Positions 45,401 through 55,559 of a DNA stretch of 64,000 nucleotides are shown here, one piece after another. The stretch comes from Entomortierella parvispora E1425 (Eukaryota; Fungi; Mortierellomycota), in NCBI GenBank assembly GCA_020891255.1, contig BQFW01000013.1, forward strand, positions 2,046,001 through 2,110,000. The letters run 5' to 3'. Both the position numbers and the translations under genes were made by a program. The notes beneath the pieces were generated by a model. The model searched no databases and was not told where the DNA came from. It saw only the letters and a list, made by a program, of their open reading frames with translations. Position 1 is the first letter of the stretch; each line of letters begins with the position of its first letter.

Positions 45401-48400
45401 GACCCGTGCCTGGGCGTATCCACATTCCTGTCGCGCTACGCGCGGCTGCTGATCAAGGAGGCGCGCCATAAGAGGCTCCTCTTGTCACAATCTTCTGTCG
45501 TCGGGCAAACTAAAAAAATGGATATGGACATCTCAGTATCACCCCCCGTCATGCTTTGGGATTCTGTCTCTGCTCTCCGACTGTTATTACGCCAGATATG
45601 CGATCATGCATGGGGACTGGAACTGGACGATTTCGCTTATTGGTTAGCCCGATGTGGCTTCATGGCGAACTTGATACCTCTCATACAGAGGATCGAGCAT
45701 CTCTCCCATGAGGATGCATTAGGGAGCCTACAGAGAACTGTGGACAAGGATGTCGCAATGCATTCGCCAGCGGCATTCACTAAACTGGAAACACCATCCC
45801 ACAATCGCTCTACAACGACGTCAGCCCCATTGAAACTTCCTCGACTCCATTTATTTTGCAATGACACGCTGCAACTGACAATACCTGGAGGTATGGCAGA
45901 TCGGCGCCACACAGGAACAAACGCGGATGATTTGAGCTGGGAACGATCACAAATCATGAGGCTGCGCGATCCGACAGAGCTGCTGTTTGATTTTATCGTG
46001 ACCAACCCACCGTACATGATTCGCAAGACAGGCACCTTTAGTACCCCAGATCCATTAATCTACGACTGGAAGGTATTGGGGGCGCCAGGGATTGTACCTG
46101 GAGTGGCGTTTGACTCATCAACCACCGTGGCGTCAGAGTCGCCTCTGGATGCGGATGAGACCGCTGATATAGTTCAGGATGACGAGTCTGATATTGATGA
46201 ATCAGGGGGAAGGTTCTCAAGATCACGGCAAGCTGAACTTCCAAAGAGCGCAGGTGCTTCAAGGTCTTCAAAGTCCAGCAATAGCTCTCGTGGGATGATG
46301 CAGGCCTATGGGTACTTCATCTGGTTCGCAGCGCAGAGAATTTTACCCAAGGATGGGGTCTTGTGCATGATCACTGGTACGTAACATCTTTTTCACATCT
46401 AGTCCTAAGTCTTTGAAAACCAAAAAAAAAAAAAAAAAAAAAGCGAGGAAATCTAACATTCCTTATTTTTTGCTTTATACAGCTAGTCAATGGCTAACGC
46501 TGGACTTTGCAATTCAATTGCGGTATGTGATTGGTGACTTGTAATCACTTTAGGTTGTTGTTGTTATGACTCTAATGAGATTAGTGTACCTCAATAGCGC
46601 TTGGTTGTTCGAGAATTGCTTGATGGATGAGCTATTCCAGTTTGAGCCTTACAAGGTGTTTGCAAAAGTTCAGACCGACTCTTTGATCTTCAAAATCCGA
46701 ACCTTGCCGCGAGGACCCTCCGATCACAATGATGACGATGTCCATGAAACGTTGTTTCTTCGACACTTGGTGCGTAGTCGATCATTGTCAGGGATCCTGG
46801 AGGACTACACCGATCTTTTGGGCCGTCTACGGATCTCACCACCCCAGGATGAAAATGTGATGGATCAGGAATCCTCGATTGCCCTCTCAAGGAAGAGTCG
46901 ACATGAATTGCAGGAAACAATCATGCCTCCGCGATCCCTGCCTTCAAATGATACACCTCGGCGCCGATCAAACGCACGAATGCCCGCTGGTGGCTGGAAC
47001 TATTCATTCGCTCCAATGATGCCAACGTCGAATTTGACAGAGCACATGCTTCGATTGACGCGAGGACTCGGAGGAATCTGCTCTGCAGGTACAAAGAAGC
47101 AAAATCGTCTCCAGGCTCTGGAACCTCTGCTCTGGCACCGAGGACCCAATACAAATCCGGTCTACGGGTTGGTGGTCAGGATGGAGTATGCAGAGGCAAA
47201 CTTTGGGCTCGCCATGACCAAGCAGTGGTTCCGTCCGGCCCTCTACTGGAACGGCAAGAATTCGCCTCAGGAGGGAGCAGATGAATCAGCGGCGACCATA
47301 TCAAAGGCATTGCATAAGGAAGGTCAGTTCTGGCAGAGCAGGGATCGTCTTCGTCTTAGCAAGAAGGAAGGGTCTCCTGCAGAGTCCTATCTTGTACCAA
47401 ATCCCCATTTGTCAACTGGACTTTATCCTACGGTCTCTTCTGGAGCCACACAACATCGCCATCGGTACGCACTCTGTATGATAGACAAGGAAGCGGTCAA
47501 AGTCTTGAAGAGGCAGAAGGAAGGCGGCGTAGAGGGTGCACAAGCTCTATGGAATTACCTCGTAGATGTTAGAGATCATTTTCAACCTGGATTCGCAGCT
47601 TCAAAGACTCCAAAAGGGAAGAAAGCATCTGGATCCGGTGTAGCTACTGGAGGAAAGAAGGTTACAAGTGCCAAGAAAACCGCATCTAGAGACGAAGCAG
47701 GGTTATCAGAATTACCAGGGGACGATGCTACGGTGTCTCAACAGATGAAAAGTGAGGAGTCATTACCGAAAACCGCCTCCGAGGACGAAGGAGTCGCGTT
47801 TTGCTCCACAAACCAATGCGGGTATGTTCTAATATTGGAGATACAAAACCACTGTCCATATAGAATATTAACCTTTATTGGGCTTCTACTATCTATAGTG
47901 CGGATGTTCCAGAAAAGATTGTCCACCCGATTAACTATGGCTACTTTTCAAAGTCACAGCCTCGCCAGAGGTTCTTCCTGGACCGAACCTCGTTGGCGGT
48001 CACGAACCAGTGCATCTATCTCACGTTGAACACATTTTCTCTTCACCAGGATGCCCTTCATCTTGCTACAAGTCCGCACGAGCTGATGATGTATTTTCTC
48101 ACCTTGCTGAATTCGAGTACGCTCCAGTTTTTTGTCTTGCACACATGCCAGTACGATCAGCAAGGGCGGATGCGACTGTTCCGGGAATCGATGGCCAAGA
48201 TTCCATTTCAGGACCGGGATCTGAGAACCAACAATCAACAACGGATGCAGTATGTCGTGAGGCTGGGGCAGACCATGATCGACTTGAAGGAGGTGCTATA
48301 TGATACCATCAAGGCCTGGAGGATAGGGGAGAACTTTGATACTGGATCCTCAGGACTGGGGACTGGGTCTGGAGCAGCAGCGTCGACTTCAGGAGGGCAG

Positions 48401-49513
48401 AGTATCTTGGACTGCATTCGACGAGGAGGAGAAATTCCAGTTGGAGTTCTAGATCGAACGCGAGAACATCTCGAGCGGATGCTGGGGCGCAAATATTCTC
48501 GACAGGCGGGCTCGTCCACTTCGGGTCTAGTGGATTTGACTGCGAGAGCTGGGTCTCTCACAGCAGATACTGACACGGACACAAATTCGATCATCACAGA
48601 TACGGACACGGAGACAGACGACAATAGAAATATCAGTCAATATCGCCCTCCCGTCATATCACAGGATCTAAGGACGTCTGGCCAATCTAGTCATTGGAGC
48701 ATGGCACAGAGTCATGGTCAGAGCGGCAGCAGTAGCGAGGGCAACGCTAGCCATTATCAACAATACCCTCTCATCCATTCTCCTATTCCTATTCACCCTA
48801 CTCAGCACACGTCATCAATTCAGAGACAGGAGACAGCAAACATCACCATTGTGGACACTCGCTACGAAGGGCAACACAGAAGAACCCCACAAAGACCCGC
48901 CACTACCGATACCTTTCACACATCCACGTTGTCCGATCCACAAGCTGATCTCCCCCTTTCCACTTTGCTGTCCGCCCTCCCGAACCCCTCACCATCGTTC
49001 TCTTCCGGAGTCCAGAGTAGATCCTCCAGCGCAGATGCAATTTGTGACCGAGCCGTCCGAAGTCTTGAACGGGCCATGTTGATGGTCGAGGTTTTGCAAT
49101 GGGCTGTAGATCAATACGGGTACATGCTCTACGGTGTGTCCTCCTCGGTTCAGATCCAGCTTGAGAAGGAGCTCAAGCTCGTGTACTCGTCTGCATTGGA
49201 CGAGGTGCTCCAATCGAGCATTGTTCAGGACAGTACGTCTGTGGCAAACCTTACAACGGTAACGGGTAACCTTGAGCAACAACGTGGATCCATCAACAAG
49301 AACTCGGCTTTGGAGGCACTCGACATCTTGCTCACTCCTCTCTACCGCTGGGACTTGGCTCCTCCATTGGCAACAGGATCTGGATCGGTCGAGGAGAGCA
49401 GCTCGACCGTGACTGATGACCTTGCACCACCTACTTATGCATCGTCTGTTTTGAAAAATGCTCAGATTGCTGTGCAACAATTGAAGGACCTTTTGGATTT
49501 GAATTCACTCTAA
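42408..49513 (+). CDS. Large intron-containing N6-adenine DNA methyltransferase of Eco57I/TaqI (gamma-class) type with a TaqI_C-like target recognition domain and long disordered extensions
   Basis: HGQFYTP (45221), LDPCLGVSTF (45401), WGLELD, CNDTL, FDFIVTNPPY (46004), AYGYFI...GVLCMITASQWL...LR...KVFAKVQTDSLIF, and a TRD-like EKI...RFFLD...NQCIYL...YFLTLLNS. Phase-consistent introns at 44266-44366, 46377-46482 and 46523-46597, plus one near 47820-47900. Confidence 0.85.
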
Positions 49514-49720
49514 CTTTTGTTGTTCAAAAAAAAAAAAAAAAAAAAAGGTCTTTCTTGATCCACGGATCTGCCACCCCTGCTCTCGACATTGATAGTCGTA
49601 ATGGCCTCAGTCAGCACAATAAATTGTAGTTCCTGACATGAGTGAAATCCTAATGATGATCAACGTCATAGTGGTTGCCACTGTATAAAGAGGCTGCTTG
49701 ACTAGAAACTAGAAACAGGA
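49514..49720. repeat. Degenerate copy of the 3' end of the ART-zinc-knuckle gene (copy 1)
   Basis: ttcttgatccacggatctgccacccctgctctcgacattgatagtcgtaatggcc matches 52120-52170 and 52880-52970. Confidence 0.75.
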
Positions 49721-51560
49721 GACGTCTCAAGATCCAGAATGAGTTTGTAATCCTGCCGATCACCTGGCCCAAGGAGACCCGAGAGGTCGTCCTATCTCCT
49801 GGTGCCTTACAATCCGTAAGCGCGATGATCCTCGCCTTTGCCCCGTGGCTACGATCTCTGAGTACTGGTCTCGAGTCTAAGCCTCACCCTGCCTAGTTCC
49901 TCACCACAAGAACCCGGCCATCAAGTCAACGCCCCTAGTGCGTAGCCTCAAAGATTTCACTGCACCAGCGTCCTCGCAAACGATTAGCAACCGTGCAAAG
50001 GGCATAATGGCCAAGTTGCTCCGGTCCACTCAGATGGCTCTGCCTAGTGGACGCGCAACTGGATCCACCGCCGCTTTCCAGCGGGGTGCCCCATCGTCGG
50101 ATATTGCCACCTACGCCAATTGGTCATCGTCGGTCCTTTTCGACAAGTTCTATCGGACGGGTCGGACGGGTACTGTGACGAAGACCAACGTCTCAACTAC
50201 CATCCTCAGATCTCGCGCCTGGGGCGTGATGGTCTTTGTGCTCTGGACCCAGATATGTCCCGCCCTTGGTCCCACCCTGGGTTTTCTCCATTCCTCTGCT
50301 CTCTCAAAGAAGATACTGTACAGTACACACACACATCTGGGTCCAGTTCTCGTCGAACAATCACCGTAGGTCTTCACGTTGTTCGACCACGGAAATAGTA
50401 GTAGCGCATGATTATCATGTACCCCTTTATTTCATGCATGGCATTTTTTCTCACAGTAGCTCGCCTAGGTGTTGTCCCTTTCTTTTCCCTACCTTATTTT
50501 TCTCACTGCTCGCGTTCTCTGCCTTCGCCTTTCCCTGCCCATACTATTCCGTGCCCTTACTCTTCCCTCCCCTTACTATGCCGTGCACTACGGTACCTTT
50601 TTTCCCTTTTATTTTTCATGTTCCTCTTCGATCTTTTTTTCTTGTCCTTCCTTTTCCCTTACATCAGTTATTCTCCTAATTTTTGTTCTCCGTCCCATCT
50701 GGATCTTCCTCAAGAATAGAAAGGGCGCATGTACCTCTCATTTTGCATTGACAGACATCTTATCCTCTCCCAACAACCACCACAGGAACCTTGGCAAGGA
50801 CATTCTCAAGAGCCGCCACATAAACGATCAATGCGTGCATAAATACCGCTCCATAGGAGATTCCTGCAAGTACCTATGGCCAATGGCCGCGTGCCAAACA
50901 ACCTTCAGGAGCGTTATTTGCATAGACTGATCATGTGAGCCACCGCTAGGGTGTGCTGGAATAGGGGTGCAAGGCATAGAGAGCGGTAAGTTGCGGCAGT
51001 CTAATTCATTCCCGTTTGCCTTCTCTATCTCCTACCTTTTACTATTACGAGCACCCTCTTGATCTTTATGCATCTAGGTAAATGACAGTGCACACATCAC
51101 GTATAAAAAGGAGTCGTAACTCGAGGTCTCCCTCATCTTCAACTACCATTCCTCACTTCCTCAAGGCTCAACTGATTCTTCCTCGAGACTCAACCGATTC
51201 TTCCTCAAGACTCAACCAACCTTTATTCAAGGGCCCACAACAGCTATCACAGGGATAGTATAAGGACTGCTGAGAAGTACCGTCGCCTGAAACAAAAGAC
51301 AACCATCCAACACCGCACTGTTGCAGCATCCACCCCACAAGTTCAAGAAAGCTGCTGATAAGGAACCAGCTGAACCCATTCAATATTCCTCCATATCTTG
51401 TCCACCTCGTTTCTTACAAAGTAAGGCAATTTGGCTGCGTTTTTTTATTCGATTGACATGAGGATGCAGGTTCATAATTAATACTAAAAACGTGCCTGAT
51501 AACAAAACTATAGGGGTTAAAGGCGTTATAGAAGTTTGCGTCAATCTCAGGATTATCAAT

Positions 51561-51848
51561 ATGCATATTAGAGTTGCTATCTTCTCTTGCTTGATGCTTT
51601 TGGCGGAAGCTACCTGGTACAGATGCAAGACACCATGTTCAGGCGCGGATGCTGGAACGTTAACAGAATCTATCTGTAACACAATCGGATCATCCCTACA
51701 CTACTGCGCCTGGGAGTTTACTTATTTTTGTGATGTTGGAGATATCAATAGCAGTTTGGCTCATGCATTTGAATCTCACTGTAACTCCTGTACAAGAAAC
51801 GGGAAACAATGCAGCAACAACTGCGACTATTCTGCATCTTGTCCATGA
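51561..51848 (+). CDS. Small secreted cysteine-rich protein (95 aa, 10 Cys after the signal peptide)
   Basis: Hydrophobic signal MHIRVAIFSCLMLLAEA followed by a mature region with 10 Cys; single exon. Confidence 0.7.
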   Translation: MHIRVAIFSCLMLLAEATWYRCKTPCSGADAGTLTESICNTIGSSLHYCAWEFTYFCDVGDINSSLAHAFESHCNSCTRNGKQCSNNCDYSASCP

Positions 51849-52087
51849 CTTCCCCTCCCTTATCGCAGTGCTCCTTATCGCAGTGCTTCTTTCCACTGAC
51901 ATACTCAATTTCTGAAATACAAAAAAAAAACTTCCCCCAATATTGCCACGGATCAAGAATAATGCAAGGTGAAATGACCTTTCCCAAGGCAAGACTCTAG
52001 AAAAGGGTGGAATGGAGAGAGGGGGACAAAGACAGGGGTGTTTGGTCAAAGGGGTCAAGGGGATCAAGGTGGCAAAGAGTTTTAATA

Positions 52088-52250
52088 AGTTTTATTGTTC
52101 AACCCCCCCCCCCATTTCATTCTTGATCCACGGATCAGCCACCCCTGCTCTCGACAGTGATCGTAGTCATGGCCTCAGTCAACATAATAAATTGCAGTTC
52201 CTCTCTTTTTATTCTTGTGACATGAGAGGCTGCTTGACTAGAAGCTGGAG
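52088..52250. repeat. Degenerate copy of the 3' end of the ART-zinc-knuckle gene (copy 2)
   Basis: The minus strand reads ...*GHDYDHCREQG against GHDDDHCREQGR in the intact gene, and it shares gaggctgcttgactagaa with copy 1. Confidence 0.75.
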
Positions 52251-52931
52251 ACTGCTAAATTTCCTTGACTCCAAGAACCCACATATCTTAGGATTGATCA
52301 GCATGGGAGTCTTGCTGGAAACCTCCTACAAACTCTGCTTTCGCCTTGGCGAGAAGATCTGGTTTTTATCTAGGCCTTGCGATTCGGAAGTGAGCGCGGT
52401 TGGTCGCGGACTACTTGCATAAAAAATCCAATCTGTTGCTCCACTGTGTCGCTCCTCTGGCCGCTTGATCTTTTGGTGCTTCATCTTTCATATAATCCTA
52501 AAAGAGTAAGTGCGATAATACTCCTCATATTTAATGAAGCGCTGGTAATCAAACAATGCGTTCTCTCTTCAACATCAATGGCAGTTTTTATTGTTCAAAA
52601 AAAAAAAAAAAAAAAAAAAAAAGAGATGGGAGTAGGATACAGATGCCTTGCATTTGTCTAGTGGCAGTTCAAGATATCGCTCCACTGCAACACGCAGTGC
52701 ACTTGGCAATGTCGATATAGGTATTCTGAACTCACGACGAAACAATTGGGAAAAGACAATACCGAGTCGAAAAGTATCGCGTGGACAGAGATCTGGTGTT
52801 GCGGCACTACCTGGAAAGATGAGCATCAAGATCGATTTTTTCTCCTCCCTTCACTCTGATAGAAAAGGAGCATACTTCATTCTTGATCCACTCTCTACGG
52901 ATTCTGCAGTTTCTTGTAACCGGGGTAAAGT

Positions 52932-53999
52932 TCACCGCCCCTGCTCTCGACAGTGATCGTCGTCATGGCCATATTTACGGCAATAATAACAAAAGCTATC
53001 CTCGCAATCGTACTCGTCATGACCGTACTCGTTGCAATTAGCACAATATTGGTCTTCATCGTCGGATTCAGAACCCGATCCTCCGTGGTGGTTATCCTCG
53101 CTATGACCATATTGGTTGCAATATGAACAAAAAAGTCCATACCCTCCTTGGTCTTCGTCGTCGGAGCCGTCACAGTCATGCCCATACTCGTTGCAACTTG
53201 AACAAAAAGGCTCCTCCTCTCCTTGGTCTCCGTCACTGAATCCATTGCAGTCGTGGCCATACTCGTTACAGCGGTAACAAAAAGGCTCCTCTCCTTGGTC
53301 TTCATCATCGGATCCATCGCAGTCATGGCCATACTCGTCACAGTGGTAACAATAAGGCTCGTCCCATCCTTGATCATCGGAATCCGATTCATCGTAGTCG
53401 GATCCGTCACAGTCATGACCGTACTCGTTGCAACGGTCACAAAACTGCTCCTCATATTCCTGGCAACAATGGCCACATTCGATATCATGACCATGTCCCC
53501 CGCAGTAACAGCATCTTAAACTGAACTGGATCCTGATGCCTCTGAGAAAACTCTTTCGCCCAGACCTTGACATCTCCTGAAGAAATTTTGGATGGTAACG
53601 ACCCCGGTAGATGTTGATCAACTCATCGTAGGTACAGATTCGTACTGCGGAGGGGTTGATGAAGGGTTCGACCAAATGCTCCTCATGCATGGACACAAAC
53701 TTCCCATACTTCCATGAAACTCCCGGGTATCCTTCTGATATGTCGGTAATCCTGACTCTCGGGTGCAAATAACGGCAAAGGATGATGGCGAGGGCCGATT
53801 TGTCTTCGCTGACCCATCGCAGTGCATGTGGCAGATCCCGAGTGGTAGAAATATATTGAGAGCGTTTGTACACCCGAAAGCCACCTCTTTCGACGTGCTC
53901 CTTGATGCTCAGGTTGGCATAACGGTCCGTGAGGTCGATTCCCGAAGAGGAGTCGTCCCAGTCGTGGAGAGCTCGATATAAAACAAAATTCTTCGCCAT
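52932..53999 (-). CDS. R-S-E class (cholera/pertussis-toxin-like) ADP-ribosyltransferase-fold domain fused to eight CCHC-type zinc-knuckle repeats with acidic spacers
   Basis: LYRA, SQYISTT and HEEHLV...INP occur in cholera-toxin-like order and spacing. Eight CxxCxxxGH units follow; the last two are perfect CX2CX4HX4C. Confidence 0.7.
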   Translation of the reverse strand: MAKNFVLYRALHDWDDSSSGIDLTDRYANLSIKEHVERGGFRVYKRSQYISTTRDLPHALRWVSEDKSALAIILCRYLHPRVRITDISEGYPGVSWKYGKFVSMHEEHLVEPFINPSAVRICTYDELINIYRGRYHPKFLQEMSRSGRKSFLRGIRIQFSLRCCYCGGHGHDIECGHCCQEYEEQFCDRCNEYGHDCDGSDYDESDSDDQGWDEPYCYHCDEYGHDCDGSDDEDQGEEPFCYRCNEYGHDCNGFSDGDQGEEEPFCSSCNEYGHDCDGSDDEDQGGYGLFCSYCNQYGHSEDNHHGGSGSESDDEDQYCANCNEYGHDEYDCEDSFCYYCRKYGHDDDHCREQGR

Positions 54000-54213
54000 G
54001 AAGAGGCGTCGAATTGATCTACATGAGAAAAAAAAAATTAGCCTAAATGAACATTTAGCATGGGGCAATGTTGTGATCTAAAACAGGATGGGCGAGGATC
54101 AATGACAACGAGGTGGCCACGAGAAGAGGGTATCGCATTCTGCTTACCAGATATGTCGCAAGGACAAGTGTGGAGAAAAAAGAGAAAAAACAGGGCAGGC
54201 ATTGCGGCTCTTC

Positions 54214-54251
54214 AAAAAAAAATCGGTGACGTCAACTCGATTTTTTTTTTT
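54214..54251. promoter_or_regulatory. Inverted repeat enclosing a CRE/ATF palindrome (TGACGTCA), about 230 bp upstream of the ART gene
   Basis: aaaaaaaatcg-gTGACGTCAact-cgatttttttt seen directly; function is inferred only. Confidence 0.3.
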
Positions 54252-54399
54252 AAAAAGGGCGCAATATCATAGACGCGTAGAACCCAACCCAGGCTGGAGC
54301 GTGTTGATTGATGTCTGGAGAACGATAGTGGCCTTCTGTTAAGACGACAATACGATCCCAGAGACAATTGTGAATTGACAGATGCAAAGAAGAACAGGA

Positions 54400-55489
54400 G
54401 TTGAGATCGGGTCGACCGAAGACAATGATGATCAGGAAGGCGATCCAGGCGATCCAGGCGACGATAAAGGCCGGAAGATTGTACGAGACATTAATGGAAC
54501 TTGAACAGTCCGACGGTTATCCTCATCGATCCATGCCATGACAATTTCTACTTGGCCAAGTTGGGGCAGGACTGGAGAAGAAGGCGAAATAGATATTGCT
54601 CTGTTGAGTACATAGCACCATTCACACCCATAGATCGCATCCGAGGGGGACATCTCCAGTCGTCGCCTGGTATCCTACCAGAGTTGTTGTTGTGCTTGCT
54701 CCTGAACCATTCCTATAGTGCATCAAGTTCATGTCTCCAGATCGATTCCACGTTTAGATCCTCCAATGACAAAGGCAGGTTGCTGAGCAAGCACATGTAT
54801 ATCTCTAGATTGGCGTTCCGATGGAGTCCAAATGTTATTTGCCGCAGTCCATGACGTTCAGATATCCAGCGAAGAATAGCCGGGCCCAGATTCTGCAGAG
54901 CATTGTTCACGAAGACGACCGATAGACACCGACGAGGAGTGTTCAGAGGAACCAGTTCAATTACGGACTTGAGAGGAAAAGTAAGAGAGGATCGTTGGCC
55001 TCCACTCCCTCTTCCCTTTCCTCATGCCTCAGCGCCGACTATTGTTGTTGTCTCCAATAGATGCGCCACGTGTTCCTTTGCTCTCGCCTCTTTTCCTTTC
55101 CGCTCCGACAGAAGACCATGGCAACAGAGACTCCTGAGGATGGTGCAATCGCCTGCCAAAAAGGGGTCCTCAGTCCATAGAAGTTTGAAGGTCCAGCTCC
55201 ACTTTGTGTTCCTGCGGAAAAGAGCGACTCGGGCAGGGATGAGGGAACTTTCATTGTTTAGGAACTCGACTACATGCCACTGAGCAGAGTCGAATGCTGC
55301 AGCCCATTCCTTGCATGTGCGTCTGCAATTGCAGTCGGCGTAGGTCAGACTGTTGCTACTGAGATTTCCAAAGAGAGGGATCTCAAGACAGAGATTGGAT
55401 TGAGTGAATGCATGGGACAGAATGAATGCAGAGGAAGCGGAGAGAGGGGCATGAACAAAGGGGAAAAAAAATCTTTTTTTGGTGATCAA
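54400..55489 (-). pseudogene. Fragmented F-box/LRR-like gene
   Basis: Short broken ORFs with F-box-like (CRRTCKEWAAAFDSAQW) and LRR-like (LSLEDLNV, LRQITF) pieces in different frames. Confidence 0.35.
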
Positions 55490-55559
55490 CCATCGACTGT
55501 TCCCCTGTCTTTCCCAAGGGTCCTGTTCTACATGCGCCTCGCCCCTTTTAGATCCCGAC

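Noticed and set aside
49938-50400. Possible decayed ART-domain paralogue on the minus strand
   Set aside because: Only weak patches (ASTR, SNLAIM) resemble the intact gene; not supportable without alignment.
14036-52622. Long poly-A/poly-T tracts as retroposition tails
   Set aside because: They sit in introns and UTRs without TSDs or associated SINE/LINE bodies.
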